From positions 24,428,001-24,492,000 of the forward strand of contig NC_043013.1 of assembly GCF_006345805.1 (NCBI RefSeq): a stretch of 64,000 nt of DNA, in the 5' to 3' direction. Of this stretch, positions 28,141-40,914 are shown piece by piece. Position 1 is the first letter of the stretch, and each line of letters opens with the position of its first letter. This DNA comes from Octopus sinensis (lineage: Eukaryota). Both the position numbers and the translations under genes were made by a program. Below the pieces are notes generated by a model that was given only the letters and a program-made list of their open reading frames with translations, ran no database searches and was not told the origin of the DNA.

Positions 28141-30357
28141 TGTATGTGTGTGTGTGTGTGTGTGTGCGTGTGTGTGTGTGTTTCTGTGTATTTGTGTTTA
28201 TCGGTGCAGATCCATGACGAGCTGCGTCCGTTTGTGACAAATGTGTAATTTAGCGATTCGGTCAGTAAAGTGATAGAATAAATACCGGATCGGAATTCGT
28301 AGTGGAGCTGATCTGATCTGCTTAACTACTAAAAGCTACCGCACGGCCGCAGTCCAGGGGCTGACAACAGGAAAAGAGTATGTAAACACAAGCACGTTGA
28401 CTGACATACATAGATGAAAATATGGATATTATGTAAACAGACGACTACCAAAATATACATGAGTAAAGGGAACATGTAGAGATCGCACATGTGATAACTA
28501 TCAACACTCTTTAAGAAAGTGGGTGGATGAATTGGGATTTAATATCACAATATTAGCCTTATTAAGAGAATGCTAGGCTGGTAATTATAAAATAATTTGT
28601 TGTTTATCATTTTTCCCAGTGTCAGCAAAAAAATTAACAACATCTGATAAGGATTGGCTTATTTTCCTGTACACGTGCTACTACCCGACATATTTTAAAT
28701 CAGAAATTTAAAATTAGACAGAAATAAACATATGCACACGGCGCTGACATTTGTCCTGCCGATTTCTTGGACTACTTTCTTCTTTTGATAGATAAGAAAT
28801 TCTTGTTCTTCAATTGTAACAAATGCTTTAAATTTTTCTACAATCTAACACCCATTTTTTTTATGTTTGTTATTCGTATCGAAACATAAGAACAAATAAC
28901 ACACGTTTTATTTATTTCTATCGCGTACTGTGAACCGTTGGTTACATGATTTTAACGAGCTAATGACTGGTTCACTGCTTTTACGGTAGTGACAAGAGAT
29001 TGTTTGTGCAATTTGAGCAGAACAAATATCGCAAGGAACTTGGTCCGAAAGTATATACGTCGGATTCCGCATATGCTCCATGTAGCATATTCCACTCACA
29101 TGCCATTGACGATGATTCCGCGTAATAAGAATGAATCTGGAATCGCATGATTGCGAAGCAACCCTCTTAGTCATTAAGCTAGCTTTACGCCCGTGAAAAA
29201 TCCTGCACATAGCCACTCGTCCTACTAGAAGAAGTAGCTAAATTTCTGTCAAATCCCACTCTACCACTTTTACAAATACAGGAAGGATACATTGCATAAT
29301 GTAGTTTGAGATAAACTTAATAGACACAATAGTTATAGCTAGAGTGGTTTAAATAAAAACAACATAAAAAACACATACAAACACAAAGTTCTAACTAAAA
29401 TCCCCTGCACACCATCCATGGGAAGATTTATTTCTCATCAAGAAAACATTACAGAAACACACCAATACAATACACAACACACGCATATGCACATGAATAT
29501 ACACGTGCATACATTAACTTACTTGAAGATGGTGTGTGGACTATTTATTCCTCTGAAGGGCGTGAAAGAGAATTCCTGTGTTTTGGCTGAAGGGTTTAAT
29601 GAGGGGGTAGTGAGGTAATAAGAGTACATTGAGGTGTTTAATGAGAGGTTTGTAAAGCATTCGTGTGTTCACAGAAGGGTTTTAGAAAACGGTTTGTGAA
29701 GTGATAATGGGTGCGTAGATGAAAAGAAATAGTGTATTTAGAAAGGCCTTTGGATTGATTGGTTAAAGTAGTTTGCGTTTAGAATACACACACAACAAGG
29801 GAAAAGAAACAGTGTGATGTGTAAGTCTGTTTGGAAAAATGTTTAGCACGGGGGAGAGACACGGTTAAGAATAATTAAACCTAGGTGGCCTGATTGGATT
29901 TTTCTAGTTCGTTTCAGCAAATAATATTGTAGCAGAGGTAGAAGAGACAGGCAGAAGAGACGGCATCGTTTATGGCATCGTTGTTGGTGAGTAAATCTTT
30001 GCCAATAATACGGATGACATTTTTGGGATGTAAAGAATAAACAGCACCCCGGCTATGTGAGCAATACTCCAATGTGGATCGCGAAGCAGGCCTGGAGTAT
30101 TACTTGATGCCAAAGAAAAACTCTAGACTTTGTAATGCAGTTTTCGAACTATATATATACATATATATATATATATATACTGGAACTATATATATATATA
30201 TATTATATTAAATTAGAGATAAAACCACTATTAGGCAAATCAAACAGTGAAAAACATAAGCCAATACATAAAATTAATTTTAAAATATAAAAGTTAAAAA
30301 TAAAAAATTAAAAAATTATTTAAATAATCTAAACTAATAAATTTTATATATATATAT

Positions 30358-30405
<48 letters not shown>

Positions 30406-30493
30406 ATTTTTATATTTATATATTATTATATTATTTTATTAATTAATTAATTAATTTTAATTTTTATTTTTATTAAAAAAAAATTTTTTAGAC

Positions 30494-30938
30494 ACTTTAG
30501 ACACCTCGTATACTTGCTATCAAACAACAAATCTATCGCTAAGTAATATCTTACGAATAAACTTAAATTTAATATCTTATAATATAGAAAATTACGATAA
30601 TTAGATCATTACATAAACAACGATATTTACATAAGGAAAATATTATTACACCAAAGACTTATAAAATATTAAAATTTACAATTTAAAGATCTTAAATATA
30701 AATAAATACCTCGTTAAGATAAGTATTTATTTATATTTAAGATCTTTAAATTGTAAATTTTAATATTTTATAAGTCTTTGGTGTAATAATATTTTCCTTA
30801 TGTAAATATCGTTGTTTATGTAATGATCTAATTATCGTAATTTTCTATACTATTAGAGATTAAATTTAAGTTTATTCGTAAGATATTACTTAGCGATAGA
30901 TTTGTTGTTTGATAGCAAGTATACGAGGTGTCTAAAGT
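30494..30938. repeat. Near-perfect palindrome, 216-bp arms, 13-nt loop
   Basis: 30494-30709 is the reverse complement of 30723-30938, with few mismatches. Confidence 0.9.
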
Positions 30939-31645
30939 TAGGCTTTTGTATATACATGTATTAATAGTATTAATTGTAGTTTTAAATTTCTTATAATTAA
31001 AATTAGATAACTTTGATAAACTTAGATATGTTTCGACTAAAGATTGGTCCAGGCCATGTCTAACTTAATAGCATAACTTAGTTATTGTCTTTTTAAATTG
31101 ATATTCGCTTGTTATTCCCATTGATAATTATATTTATAGTATTTATAGTATTTATTCGATACTATATAACTACGAAGTGATTATTTCTATAAGTATTTTT
31201 AAATAAGATTTCCGAAAGTTCGTTTAAGTTTGTTTGTTTGTATTTTTGAAATTAGCTATTTCATCTTTAAATATGAAAAATTAATTTATTAGGTCTTTAT
31301 TATATGTGCATATATATCTATTTATAGAGATTATTTTAGATCTTAATTATAATATTTATATATATTTTATATTTTCATTGATAATTTATATATAATAGTC
31401 AATTTAAAAAAAAATATTTATGTAATTAGATATAGACTATTACCGATATTAGATTATTGGTGGGTTTCTTACCTTATAAATTAAAATTAATATTTAACAT
31501 TATAATCGATTTTGATATAATCATAATTGTTAAGTTTTAAGTTTCTAGTTTGATAATAGAGTTTATTATAAGTAAAATTATTATATTATTTATATCTTAA
31601 AAATATTGTTTAAATATTTCTGATTATTTTTTAAATATTTCAATT

Positions 31646-31738
31646 AACCTGAAGATTGACTGTAACCATAACTCGAATTATTAATTGAATTTAAATTATT
31701 GTTATTCGAATTGGTACAGCCATGAAACGATCGTAGTG
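31646..31738 (+). ncRNA. Hammerhead ribozyme with extended stem II
   Basis: AAC-CUGAAGA-UUGACUGUAACCA...UGGUACAGCCAU-GAAAC-GAUC-GUA-GUG, with palindromic ACGAUCGU stem III. Confidence 0.6.
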
Positions 31739-32121
31739 TTTTACTCTTTATCTTTTATTAAACTTTTAATACTTTTGATATTTAAAAAAAATAAATAAAA
31801 AAAATTAATTAATAGATAAAATAATATAATAATATATAAATATAAAAATATACATACATACATATATATATATTTGTATATATATAAAATTTATTAGTTT
31901 AAGTTATTTAAATAATTCTTAAATTTTTTATTTTTAACTTTTATATTTTAAAATTAATTTTATGTATTGGCTTATGTTTTTCACTGTTTGATTTGCCTAA
32001 TAGTGGTTTTATCTCTAATTTAATATAATATAATATAATATATTTATACTATAAAATTGGATTTAATCCTAAATCTAATTTTTCCCTGTAAGTTTGGATT
32101 TATTTCCTAATATATTATTAT

Positions 32122-32169
<48 letters not shown>

Positions 32170-32170
<1 letters not shown>

Positions 32171-32213
32171 CATTGGAACTATATATATATATATATATAC
32201 ACACATAAATTGG

Positions 32214-32252
<39 letters not shown>

Positions 32253-32414
32253 CATATATACACATACATGGGAACTATATATATATATATATACACACAC
32301 ACATACATGGGAACTATATATATATATATATACACATACATGGGATCTATATATATATATACACATACATTGGAACTAATATATATATATATATATACAT
32401 ATATACATTGGAGC

Positions 32415-32449
<35 letters not shown>

Positions 32450-32485
32450 TATATATATTGGAACTCTATATATATAGGAACTCTA
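32170..32485. repeat. GGAAC(TA)n minisatellite
   Basis: Repeated TGGAACTATATATA units, also at 30145-30200. Confidence 0.85.
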
Positions 32486-33570
32486 GCATAGCATTCGGTA
32501 AAGTCTAGCATTTGTTATGAGTTTCACTTTTGTAGACACGTGTAGTGCAAGACTGTTTTCTTAGATGTCTGCAGTACTTAGAACTTCGTACTGTCGAAGA
32601 AAAGTAAGTTATCTTTGTCCATTTGAAGATGTATTATACAGAAAGAGTACAAATCTGGTGTGATGTGTTTAAGGGTGTGCAGACAGTTAAAGGAAAGTGG
32701 AAGCTGATATTTGCATTGAGGAATTGAGCAGTTGACTCTGGTTATGTGAAAAAAATATGAAATCATTTATAAAAAATAAACAGGGTATAATGTTCCACAG
32801 GGTAGGTTTCACTTTCCTCTGATTAATGAGCTTTTAAAATGAAGTTAGGTGTTAGATTACAATGATTAAATAACATTCAAGATAGATTACAATGATTAAA
32901 CACCATTCGTATTATCCTTTATCCGTTAGTGAGCAGAGATTACTAACAACATTTGGCTTGAAAAGTAATAAAAAAAGAAAGCAAGAATGTGTTTTCGATT
33001 CAGTGGTTTAGTGACTTGTTCTCACTGATGAGCAGAGCTGTGAGCAAAGACACTCTGACCATAACTTTCCCGTCTGGTTAATAGTATGTAGAAGTAAATT
33101 ATCTAGTGTGTTTCAGCTGCCGGAGATTTGGCTACTGTTTCTTGCAGGTCGAACGATTATGTAGAAATGCCCTTAGTCTTTAATGTATGTAGGAGTTTAA
33201 TCTAATTACTGTAAACACTTGAGAATGGCAGACAGATCAGTTTGTTTGTTGCGATATTGATGGGAGGAGGTAGGAATGCTAAAGCGATGAGGAGTTTTGT
33301 ACATTAAAGTTATCGAGGATACTGACTTTTGAGAGGGTTGAGGTAGGTGAGATATCTTCAGTGAACAGGAGAAGATAGTTGAAGAACTGGAGGGAGAAGT
33401 TGAGAAAGCGGGAAAGAACTAAATGAACTTAGAGGAATGTGGAAGAGAATCTTCCGGTAAAATCATTGGAAAAAAATATTTGTTGCTGTATAGACTTGTT
33501 TCATGGACAAACAAGAAATTTGAATCTCTCCCCCTCTCTCTCTCTCCCTCTCTCTCTCCCCCTCTCTCTC

Positions 33571-33617
<47 letters not shown>

Positions 33618-33830
33618 ATGTATGTATGTATGTATGTATGTATGTATGTATGTATAGATATTTCAAAGATTTTACGATGACATGACAAACGGATTTAACA
33701 AATACAAATCAAACGGAAATTTTGTAGCTAATTCCTCATCAGTCAAGGTCCAAAGACACTCAAGTTAGCACATAAAGCACATGAAACTCTGAATAACAGT
33801 TTTCGTGAAGATTTTGCAGCTTTAATAAAA

Positions 33831-33865
<35 letters not shown>

Positions 33866-33867
<2 letters not shown>

Positions 33868-34135
33868 TGTTGCTACACATCGCTGGTCATAATGCGCTTC
33901 GCATTGTTTTAGCTTTCAAATGACGCCACCCCGCTGGCTAAGCGAGCAGGCCAACAGAAGAAAGATTGAGAAGAACTTGTGGCGAAATAGTACAGCAGGG
34001 ATCGCCCCCCCCCTGCCGGAGCCTCGTGGAGCTTTAGGTGTTTTCGCTCAATAAACACTCACAACGGCCGGTCTGTGAATCGAAACCGCGATCCTACGAT
34101 CGCGAGTCTGCTGCCCTAACCACTGGGCCATTGCG
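33866..34135 (-). mobile_element. tRNA-derived SINE family C
   Basis: Head CGCAATGGCCCAGTGGTTAGGGCAGC...GGTTTCGATTC with A and B boxes. Confidence 0.75.
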
Positions 34136-34186
<51 letters not shown>

Positions 34187-34864
34187 CATATACATAGAGA
34201 GAGAGAGTATGTGTGTTCTGAGTAACGCGAAGCACCATCGAACATGAACACATGATTGCGAATTGAAGTTTCCGTATGTGTGCCTACGTCAAATATTTCT
34301 GTATAGAAAAGAAGCGTATGAAGAAAGCAGACATATGAATATAGTTGGAGAGTACTGAAAGAGCAATTTCGACTCTCGCCTAAGTCTCAAGTCCACTGGG
34401 AATTTTATAAGATTACTCGGCAGTGTTAGAAGAAATAAACAAGAAGATAAAAAATATCAAACAATTATACAAGATCACAAACAGAAAAATGTGAAGCATT
34501 CCAGAGTTGTAAGTATTTCGTCTCAGGATGATAACATTGTATGCGATGTCTTGTATTTAGCAAATTGTCTTGATAATATAAAACCCATCACAACAGATTT
34601 CAGAGCGTAACATGGGAGGAAGAAGCAAAGTGAGGAGATAAGAGTGTTGATGGAAGATATAAAGTAGACCTTGATTACATCATTCAAACCAGCCAGCCAT
34701 GCATGCATACATACATTCATACATTCAAACATAGGCATAAAGCAGGAAGCGGGAGAGAATGAGAATGAGGGTGAGAGGGATAAGAAATCAGCAGAAGGGA
34801 AAATTCATGCACAGCTCCAACCTAGCCATGCACGTGAGTCTGTGTGTGTGTATCTTTATACATA

Positions 34865-35110
34865 ATCTTTTCTACTCTAGGCACAAGGCCTGAAATTTTT
34901 GGGGAAGGGGTAACTGGTGTTTGTCCCCAACCATCGCTTGGCCACCAATGTTGGTGTGTTTACGTCCCTGTAACTTAGCAGTATGGCAAAAGAGTCCGAT
35001 AGAACAAGTACAAGGCTTACAAAATATAAGTCCCGGGGTCGATTTCTTCGACTAAAGGCGGTGCTCCAGCATGGCCGCAGTGAAATGACTGAAACAAGTA
35101 AAAAGAAATA
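34865..35110 (+). mobile_element. SINE family B 3' part, preceded by a family A tail fragment
   Basis: Matches 36427-36625 and 62845-63040 in reverse orientation. Confidence 0.8.
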
Positions 35111-35119
35111 AAATACACG

Positions 35120-35181
<62 letters not shown>

Positions 35182-35189
35182 TATACATA

Positions 35190-35420
35190 TTTGATTAATG
35201 AGGGAGACGAAAGAATCAAAAATTAAATGCCAAAGTGAATGGTCAAAAAGAAAAAAACACACATCCATGTACTTCACTCTCCGGCAAATGTGACCTTTGC
35301 CTTGAGGAAGCACTGAGTATTCTACTGAGTAATGAAAATCTAGTGAATAAACATGATGAGAAAATTCCAAGATGTAACCATCGTGCCAAATATGCATTTT
35401 CCAGATGGAACAGTGAATAA
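35190..35420 (+). mobile_element. Penelope-like GIY-YIG C-terminal remnant
   Basis: SGKCDLCLEEALSILLSNENLVNKHDEKIPRCNHRAKY fits the CxLCLxE...LN...CxH pattern. Confidence 0.7.
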
Positions 35421-36060
35421 TTTATAACTATTATTATTCTATCTTGCTAAACCCATTTTTTTTACTACCTTCACGTATGTATAGGAGTGTATTTATGATG
35501 GAGCGTTCAGCGATACAACTATGTAGATACAGCTATGTACATGGAAATGAGTAGATACATGTATAAGCGTCTATGTATAGATGTGAATGTGTTTATTGAT
35601 ATGTAGGTGAGTATATGTATGCGTGTGTGCATCTGAATATATGCACATATATTCTATATATATGCATGTATGTGTGTTTGTGTCTGTGTGTGAGTGTATG
35701 TGTGTGCGTGTGTATGTATGGAAACACTCAGTGATGTATGGTATATCGGTGTGTTAAGCGATTGTAAAAGTATGAGCTAATGGACGAATGTATTCTGCGT
35801 AATGGTACAGTTTGGCATGTGCAGAATAACATGTTGAAACTGAATAAACAAACAGACAGCGTGCACATTGCGGCTCATGTCGAACATGATAACACACTCG
35901 TACCGAGTGAATTGAAACCATCAGCGTTTGCTATAGATATTGTAGCATGGGAATCTAGATTTCCTTACGAAGACAGCAACTGAGTATCGCCTGAGGAGAT
36001 ACATAGAGATCTTCTTATACAGGTAAATAGTTAAATAATCTAATTTAAACTCAACTCTAA

Positions 36061-36233
36061 ATGTATGTATGTATGTGTATGTATGTATGTATGTATGTAT
36101 GTGTCTGTATGTGTATGTATGTGTATGTATGTATGTGTCTGTATGTATGTATGTGTGTATATGTATGTATTTGTATGTATGTATATGTATATATATGTAT
36201 GTATGTAGATATATATGTATGTATTTAAGTTTT

Positions 36234-36265
<32 letters not shown>

Positions 36266-36300
36266 TGTATGTATGTATGTATGTATGTATATATGTATAT
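36061..36300. repeat. Compound (TATG)n block, copy 1
   Basis: Same interruption pattern as 38586-38810. Confidence 0.9.
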
Positions 36301-36389
36301 GCGAAGATCTGTATGTATCGAAACAGTTGTAGAGATTAAAAAGCTGCCTAACCGTACTTACTTTTCCTTTTGACTCTTTTACTTTTTTA

Positions 36390-36426
<37 letters not shown>

Positions 36427-36428
<2 letters not shown>

Positions 36429-36813
36429 TCTCTTTTACTCTCTTTTACTTGTTTCAGTCATTTGACTGCGGCCATGCTGGAGCACCGCCTTTAGTCGAGC
36501 AAATCGACCCCGGGACTTATTCTTTTGTAAACCCAGTACTTATTCTATCGGACTCTTTTGCCGAACCGCTAAGTGACGGGGACGTAAACACACCAGCATC
36601 CGTTGTCAAACAATGCTAGGGGGACAAACACACACACACACATACACATATACATATATATACATATATACGACAGGATTCTTTCAGTTTCCGTCTACCA
36701 AATTCACTCACAAGGCATTGGTCGGCCCGGGGCTATAGCAGAAGACACTTGCCCAAGATGTCACGCAGTGGGACTGAACCCGGAACCATGTGGTTGGTTA
36801 GCAAGCTACTTAC

Positions 36814-36818
<5 letters not shown>
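36427..36818 (-). mobile_element. SINE family B, near full length
   Basis: Head, internal microsatellite and GTAAAAGA tail. Confidence 0.9.
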
Positions 36819-36848
<30 letters not shown>

Positions 36849-36959
36849 CAGGTTGTTTAAAAGATAATACAACATATTCAAAGTGAAAGGACCAAAAGAG
36901 ACGTAAAGAAGATAAAACAATATCTTGCACGTTGCCTCATATTTCAATATTTCCGGAGT

Positions 36960-37205
36960 TAGCATATAGAGGCGCATCCTGTTCTCTCGCTGAGAAAACT
37001 CTTATTTAAAAATCGTCCACATGTAACGATGCATATACAGAAATCAACTGCTCCAGCAATAATGTGACTATGAACTCGAAGCCCTATGTAGTAGACGAGT
37101 TTGCCTGCAATAAATGCAGAAGTTCTTACAACGGAAGTACATTTCGAAAACTGCATATAATCATACAAACATATCAGCCTAAAACCACCAAACTGAAGGC
37201 TTAAC
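36960..37205 (+). mobile_element. Penelope-like GIY-YIG remnant
   Basis: PYVVDEFACNKCRSSYNGSTFRKLHII resembles VVYxxxCxxCxxxYIGxTxRxL. Confidence 0.6.
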
Positions 37206-37441
37206 GCGGGTGTTAATTAGCTCAGTCGGAACTAAACTAATCAAGATTGTTAGTTTCAACATGATCGTAGAACCTTCAGCAGCATTAATCGGCCGTTTTG
37301 ATTCAAATAGCTCATTCAAGATTCTGACTGGATTATAATATTTAAACCTTTCTACTGCCTGTATTGAGTATTGTTAGTACTTATTATTGTGAAAGAATAA
37401 CACACACACACACACACACCACACACACACACAAAACATAA

Positions 37442-38558
37442 AACTTAGATATGTTTCGACCAAGGATTAGTCCAGGTTATGTCTAACTTAATAGCACCAC
37501 CTGATAGGATTATCTAAATCCTTTTCAAGTCGAGTTTTGTGGTATCATGGTTCACTCGAGTAGGAAGTTCTTGCCGAGTGAGTTGTATCCAGGTATAGGT
37601 GGCTCATCTAGTAATCCTTGAAGAAATTTGTTCAGATTCCGTTTAAAGGTAGTGGGATCCTTTTCCTCTTTGATCTGTTTCGGGACAATTTTAAATAATG
37701 CCTGTCGAGGAAAATAAATTCTGTTGTAGTGTATTTATGCGTTGTGATCCTGAATTGGGTAGGGGACGTATGGCCTGTGGTCCTAGCCTTGGATGAATCT
37801 TGAAACTAATGTTGAGGTCATTTGGGCAATGCTGGCGGTACAATCTCCACATCGTGCAAATTATGTACCCCTCGCGGCGGCGCTGGAGAAATTAGAGTTT
37901 TAAAGTTTTAAGATAGTCCCAGTAATCGAGATCAGTCATGCCCTTAACTCATTTAGTGAATGCCCTCTGGTGTGATTCAATTTTCGAGATGTTTTGTTTT
38001 GTATGGGGAGACTACAGTGGACAGCAGTATTCAAGGTATGACCGTACAAAAAAGTGGAATGATGACACCTTGTTCTCTGGACCGGAAGGTTCTTAAGATC
38101 CAGGAGCTCATCCTACGAGCTATATTGACCTAATTGTTAATGTGGGCACTCCAGCTGAGATTGCTATCAGCAATTACTCCTAGGTCTCTTATATTATTAG
38201 ATGCTGTGAGAGGTTTCCCTACCGGAAGAGAGTATGGCTGTTTTAGCATAGACTTTCTTCCAAAATGCATCAACTCAAATTTTCCCTCGTTTAGTTGCAT
38301 TTTGTTTTTGTCTGCCCATTGACTCACTGCATGTAGATCAGACTGGAGTTGAGTTCGGTCTTATTCTTCATTGATGATTTTCTGGAACTTAGTGTCATCA
38401 GCAAACATTTCACTTTGCTGTGTTTTACGACGCTGGAAAGGTCGTTTATATAGATTATGAAGAAGAGCGGGCCCAAAACAATCCCCCGAGAGGACACCAC
38501 AGGTGACTTTTACTGGGCTTGAGTGGACTCCATCGACCACAACATGTTGTGTTCTGTT
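37442..38558 (-). mobile_element. 5'-truncated CR1/L2-group LINE (RT C-terminus and 3' end)
   Basis: [13 protein letters not shown]...FADDTK...LQSDLHAVSQWADKNKMQLNEGKF...RDLGVIADSNLSWSAHI. Confidence 0.9.
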
Positions 38559-38585
38559 CGTATGTATGTATGTATGTATGTATGC

Positions 38586-38758
38586 ATGTATGTATGTATG
38601 TGTATGTATGTATGTATGTATGTATGTGTCTGTATGTGTATGTATGTGTATGTATGTATGTGTCTGTATGTATGTATGTGTGTATATGTATGTATTTGTA
38701 TGTATGTATATGTATATATATGTATGTATGTAGATATATATGTATGTATTTAAGTTTT

Positions 38759-38790
<32 letters not shown>

Positions 38791-38798
38791 TGTATGTA

Positions 38799-38810
<12 letters not shown>
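38586..38810. repeat. Compound (TATG)n block, copy 2
   Basis: Duplicate of 36061-36300. Confidence 0.9.
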
Positions 38811-38830
<20 letters not shown>

Positions 38831-38880
38831 GATAGATACATACACACACACACATTGTGTATGTACATATAGATAGACTG

Positions 38881-38914
<34 letters not shown>

Positions 38915-39562
38915 TATATGTGTGTGTGTGTGTGTGTATTTACGGGAAGATAGATGGAGAACCAGGGAGTTAATAGGAAGAAGCTAAAAGCAAAACTCAC
39001 TAAAATACTCTCATGTACAACCGCGCACACATATACATGCACACGCCAGCACACACACACACACACACACACACACCACACACACACACACATATACAGG
39101 GGCACACACGCGCACACATACACACAGAGGCACGCTCAGTACTGAAAGATACATCAATAGTTGCTATTGTCCCAAACATGCTAACAGCAACGTGCTAGCA
39201 AGCTAAGGTAAAGCCAAAATAAAGATGAAAGTATTATATTGCATTAGTTCTTTTTACATATTTCTGCCACAGCTTCTAGATGTGACTAAGAAATTCGGGA
39301 ATTACACTCTACAACATCTCTCTAATGTTGCTGCAGGCAGCAATGTGTTTATTTCATTGCCGCAACGTGGCGACGACATTGTCTCTCAGTGATTCTAACT
39401 CTCATTCAGAACAAACGATGTGTACTCTGTTTAACAGCCGTTTGTACTCGCTCCTTCAGTAAATCTATATTTGGTGTACGTATGGAAAATGAATTATGTA
39501 CATGTTTCATTGGAAGCACGAGATAAAGAGATATGATGTATAGTTTCTCACATGCAACATAT

Positions 39563-39598
<36 letters not shown>

Positions 39599-39604
39599 AG
39601 AGAG

Positions 39605-39750
39605 ATAACAGGGTAACGCCGTAGTGGAATGGTGAGAGGGGGTGCTATGCTAAGAGAAGTAAGGCTGAGCTAGGAGGAAGGAATGAACAGGTAGAAGGCG
39701 TAGCTAATGCTTGGGGGATTGTCGGTTTGTCGATGGGAAAACCAAAGCCT
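39605..39750. repeat. Dispersed repeat, inverted copy of 41690-41820
   Basis: GGTGCTATGCT...GCTGAGCTAGGAGGAAGGAATGAACAGGTAG matches the 41.7 kb segment in reverse. Confidence 0.7.
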
Positions 39751-40039
39751 GAGAGGGGAAAGATGGTAGAATTGAGGAAGGAAGAGAAAGCCGCGGAGGA
39801 CTGACAAAATGGAAAATTGGAAAAAACTGAAGAATTGAAAAGTGAAGAATGAAAAAAGAAAAGAGAAAAATATTAAAAGATTAGAAAATAAAATGAAAAG
39901 CCGAAGAGAAGCTGGGGTATTAATATAAATATATTATGTGAACAGTGACGAGGTCTTTGGATATCTTCGTTTGAAAAGGCCCAGGAATTTTTTTTCTTGA
40001 ATTTTCAAAGTTGAATGGTTCAAAAGTTTAGAAAGTTTA

Positions 40040-40041
40040 TA

Positions 40042-40093
<52 letters not shown>

Positions 40094-40138
40094 ATATATA
40101 TGTATATATATATATATATGTGTGTGTGTATATATATG

Positions 40139-40197
<59 letters not shown>

Positions 40198-40332
40198 GTA
40201 TATATATATATATGTAATATATGTATATATATATATATATGTGTATATATATGTATATATATGTATATATATGTATATATATATATATATGTGTATATAT
40301 ATGTATATATATATATATATGTGTGGTATATA

Positions 40333-40375
<43 letters not shown>

Positions 40376-40455
40376 ATATATGTATATATATGTATATATA
40401 TATATATATGTGTATATATATGTATATATATATATATATATGTTGTATATATATA

Positions 40456-40535
<80 letters not shown>
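40040..40535. repeat. (TA)n/(TATG)n microsatellite
   Basis: Directly visible tandem repeat. Confidence 0.95.
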
Positions 40536-40542
<7 letters not shown>

Positions 40543-40870
40543 ATTCGAGACAAAACCACTATTTTAAAACCAAACAAGGAAAGACTTAATCAATACATAA
40601 AATTTTAATATAAATTAAATAAACTTGATACTGATTAGAAGATCGAAAATCCACCTGAAGATGTCGGTAGCAGACATGAAACATTTGTAGTGGCGGTTTA
40701 TTTAATTTATATTAAAACTTATGTATTGATTAAGTCTTTCCTTGTTTGGTTTTAAAATAGTGGTTTTGTCTCGAATTATATTATATAATATTTTACTATA
40801 AAATTGGATTTAACCCTAAATCTGATTTTTCCCTGTAATTTTGGATTCATTCCCTAATATTTATTATTAT
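40533..40870 (+). mobile_element. Short foldback element with hammerhead in the loop
   Basis: Arms of about 90 bp (40533-40624 and 40696-40787), and a tail shared with 32040-32120. Confidence 0.75.
40651..40693 (+). ncRNA. Minimal type I hammerhead ribozyme
   Basis: CCAC-CUGAAGA-UGUC(GGUAGCA)GACA-U-GAAAC(AUUU)GUA-GUGG. Intact core and perfect stems I and II. Confidence 0.75.
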
Positions 40871-40872
40871 TT

Positions 40873-40911
<39 letters not shown>

Positions 40912-40914
40912 GCG

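Larger units (their letters stand above)
30201..32120 (+). mobile_element. Very AT-rich foldback, Penelope-derived non-coding element
   Basis: Outer inverted repeats at about 30201-30480 and 31780-32035, an inner palindrome, a hammerhead at 31646, and a 3' tail shared with the 40.5 kb element. Confidence 0.7.

Noticed and set aside
32170-32485. Regularly spaced GGAAC repeats resembling a CRISPR array
   Set aside because: The spacers are (TA)n, there are no cas genes, and the context is eukaryotic.
39940-39990. SECIS-like GUGAC...GGAA hairpin
   Set aside because: It lacks the apical AA at the expected spacing, and there is no UGA-containing ORF upstream.
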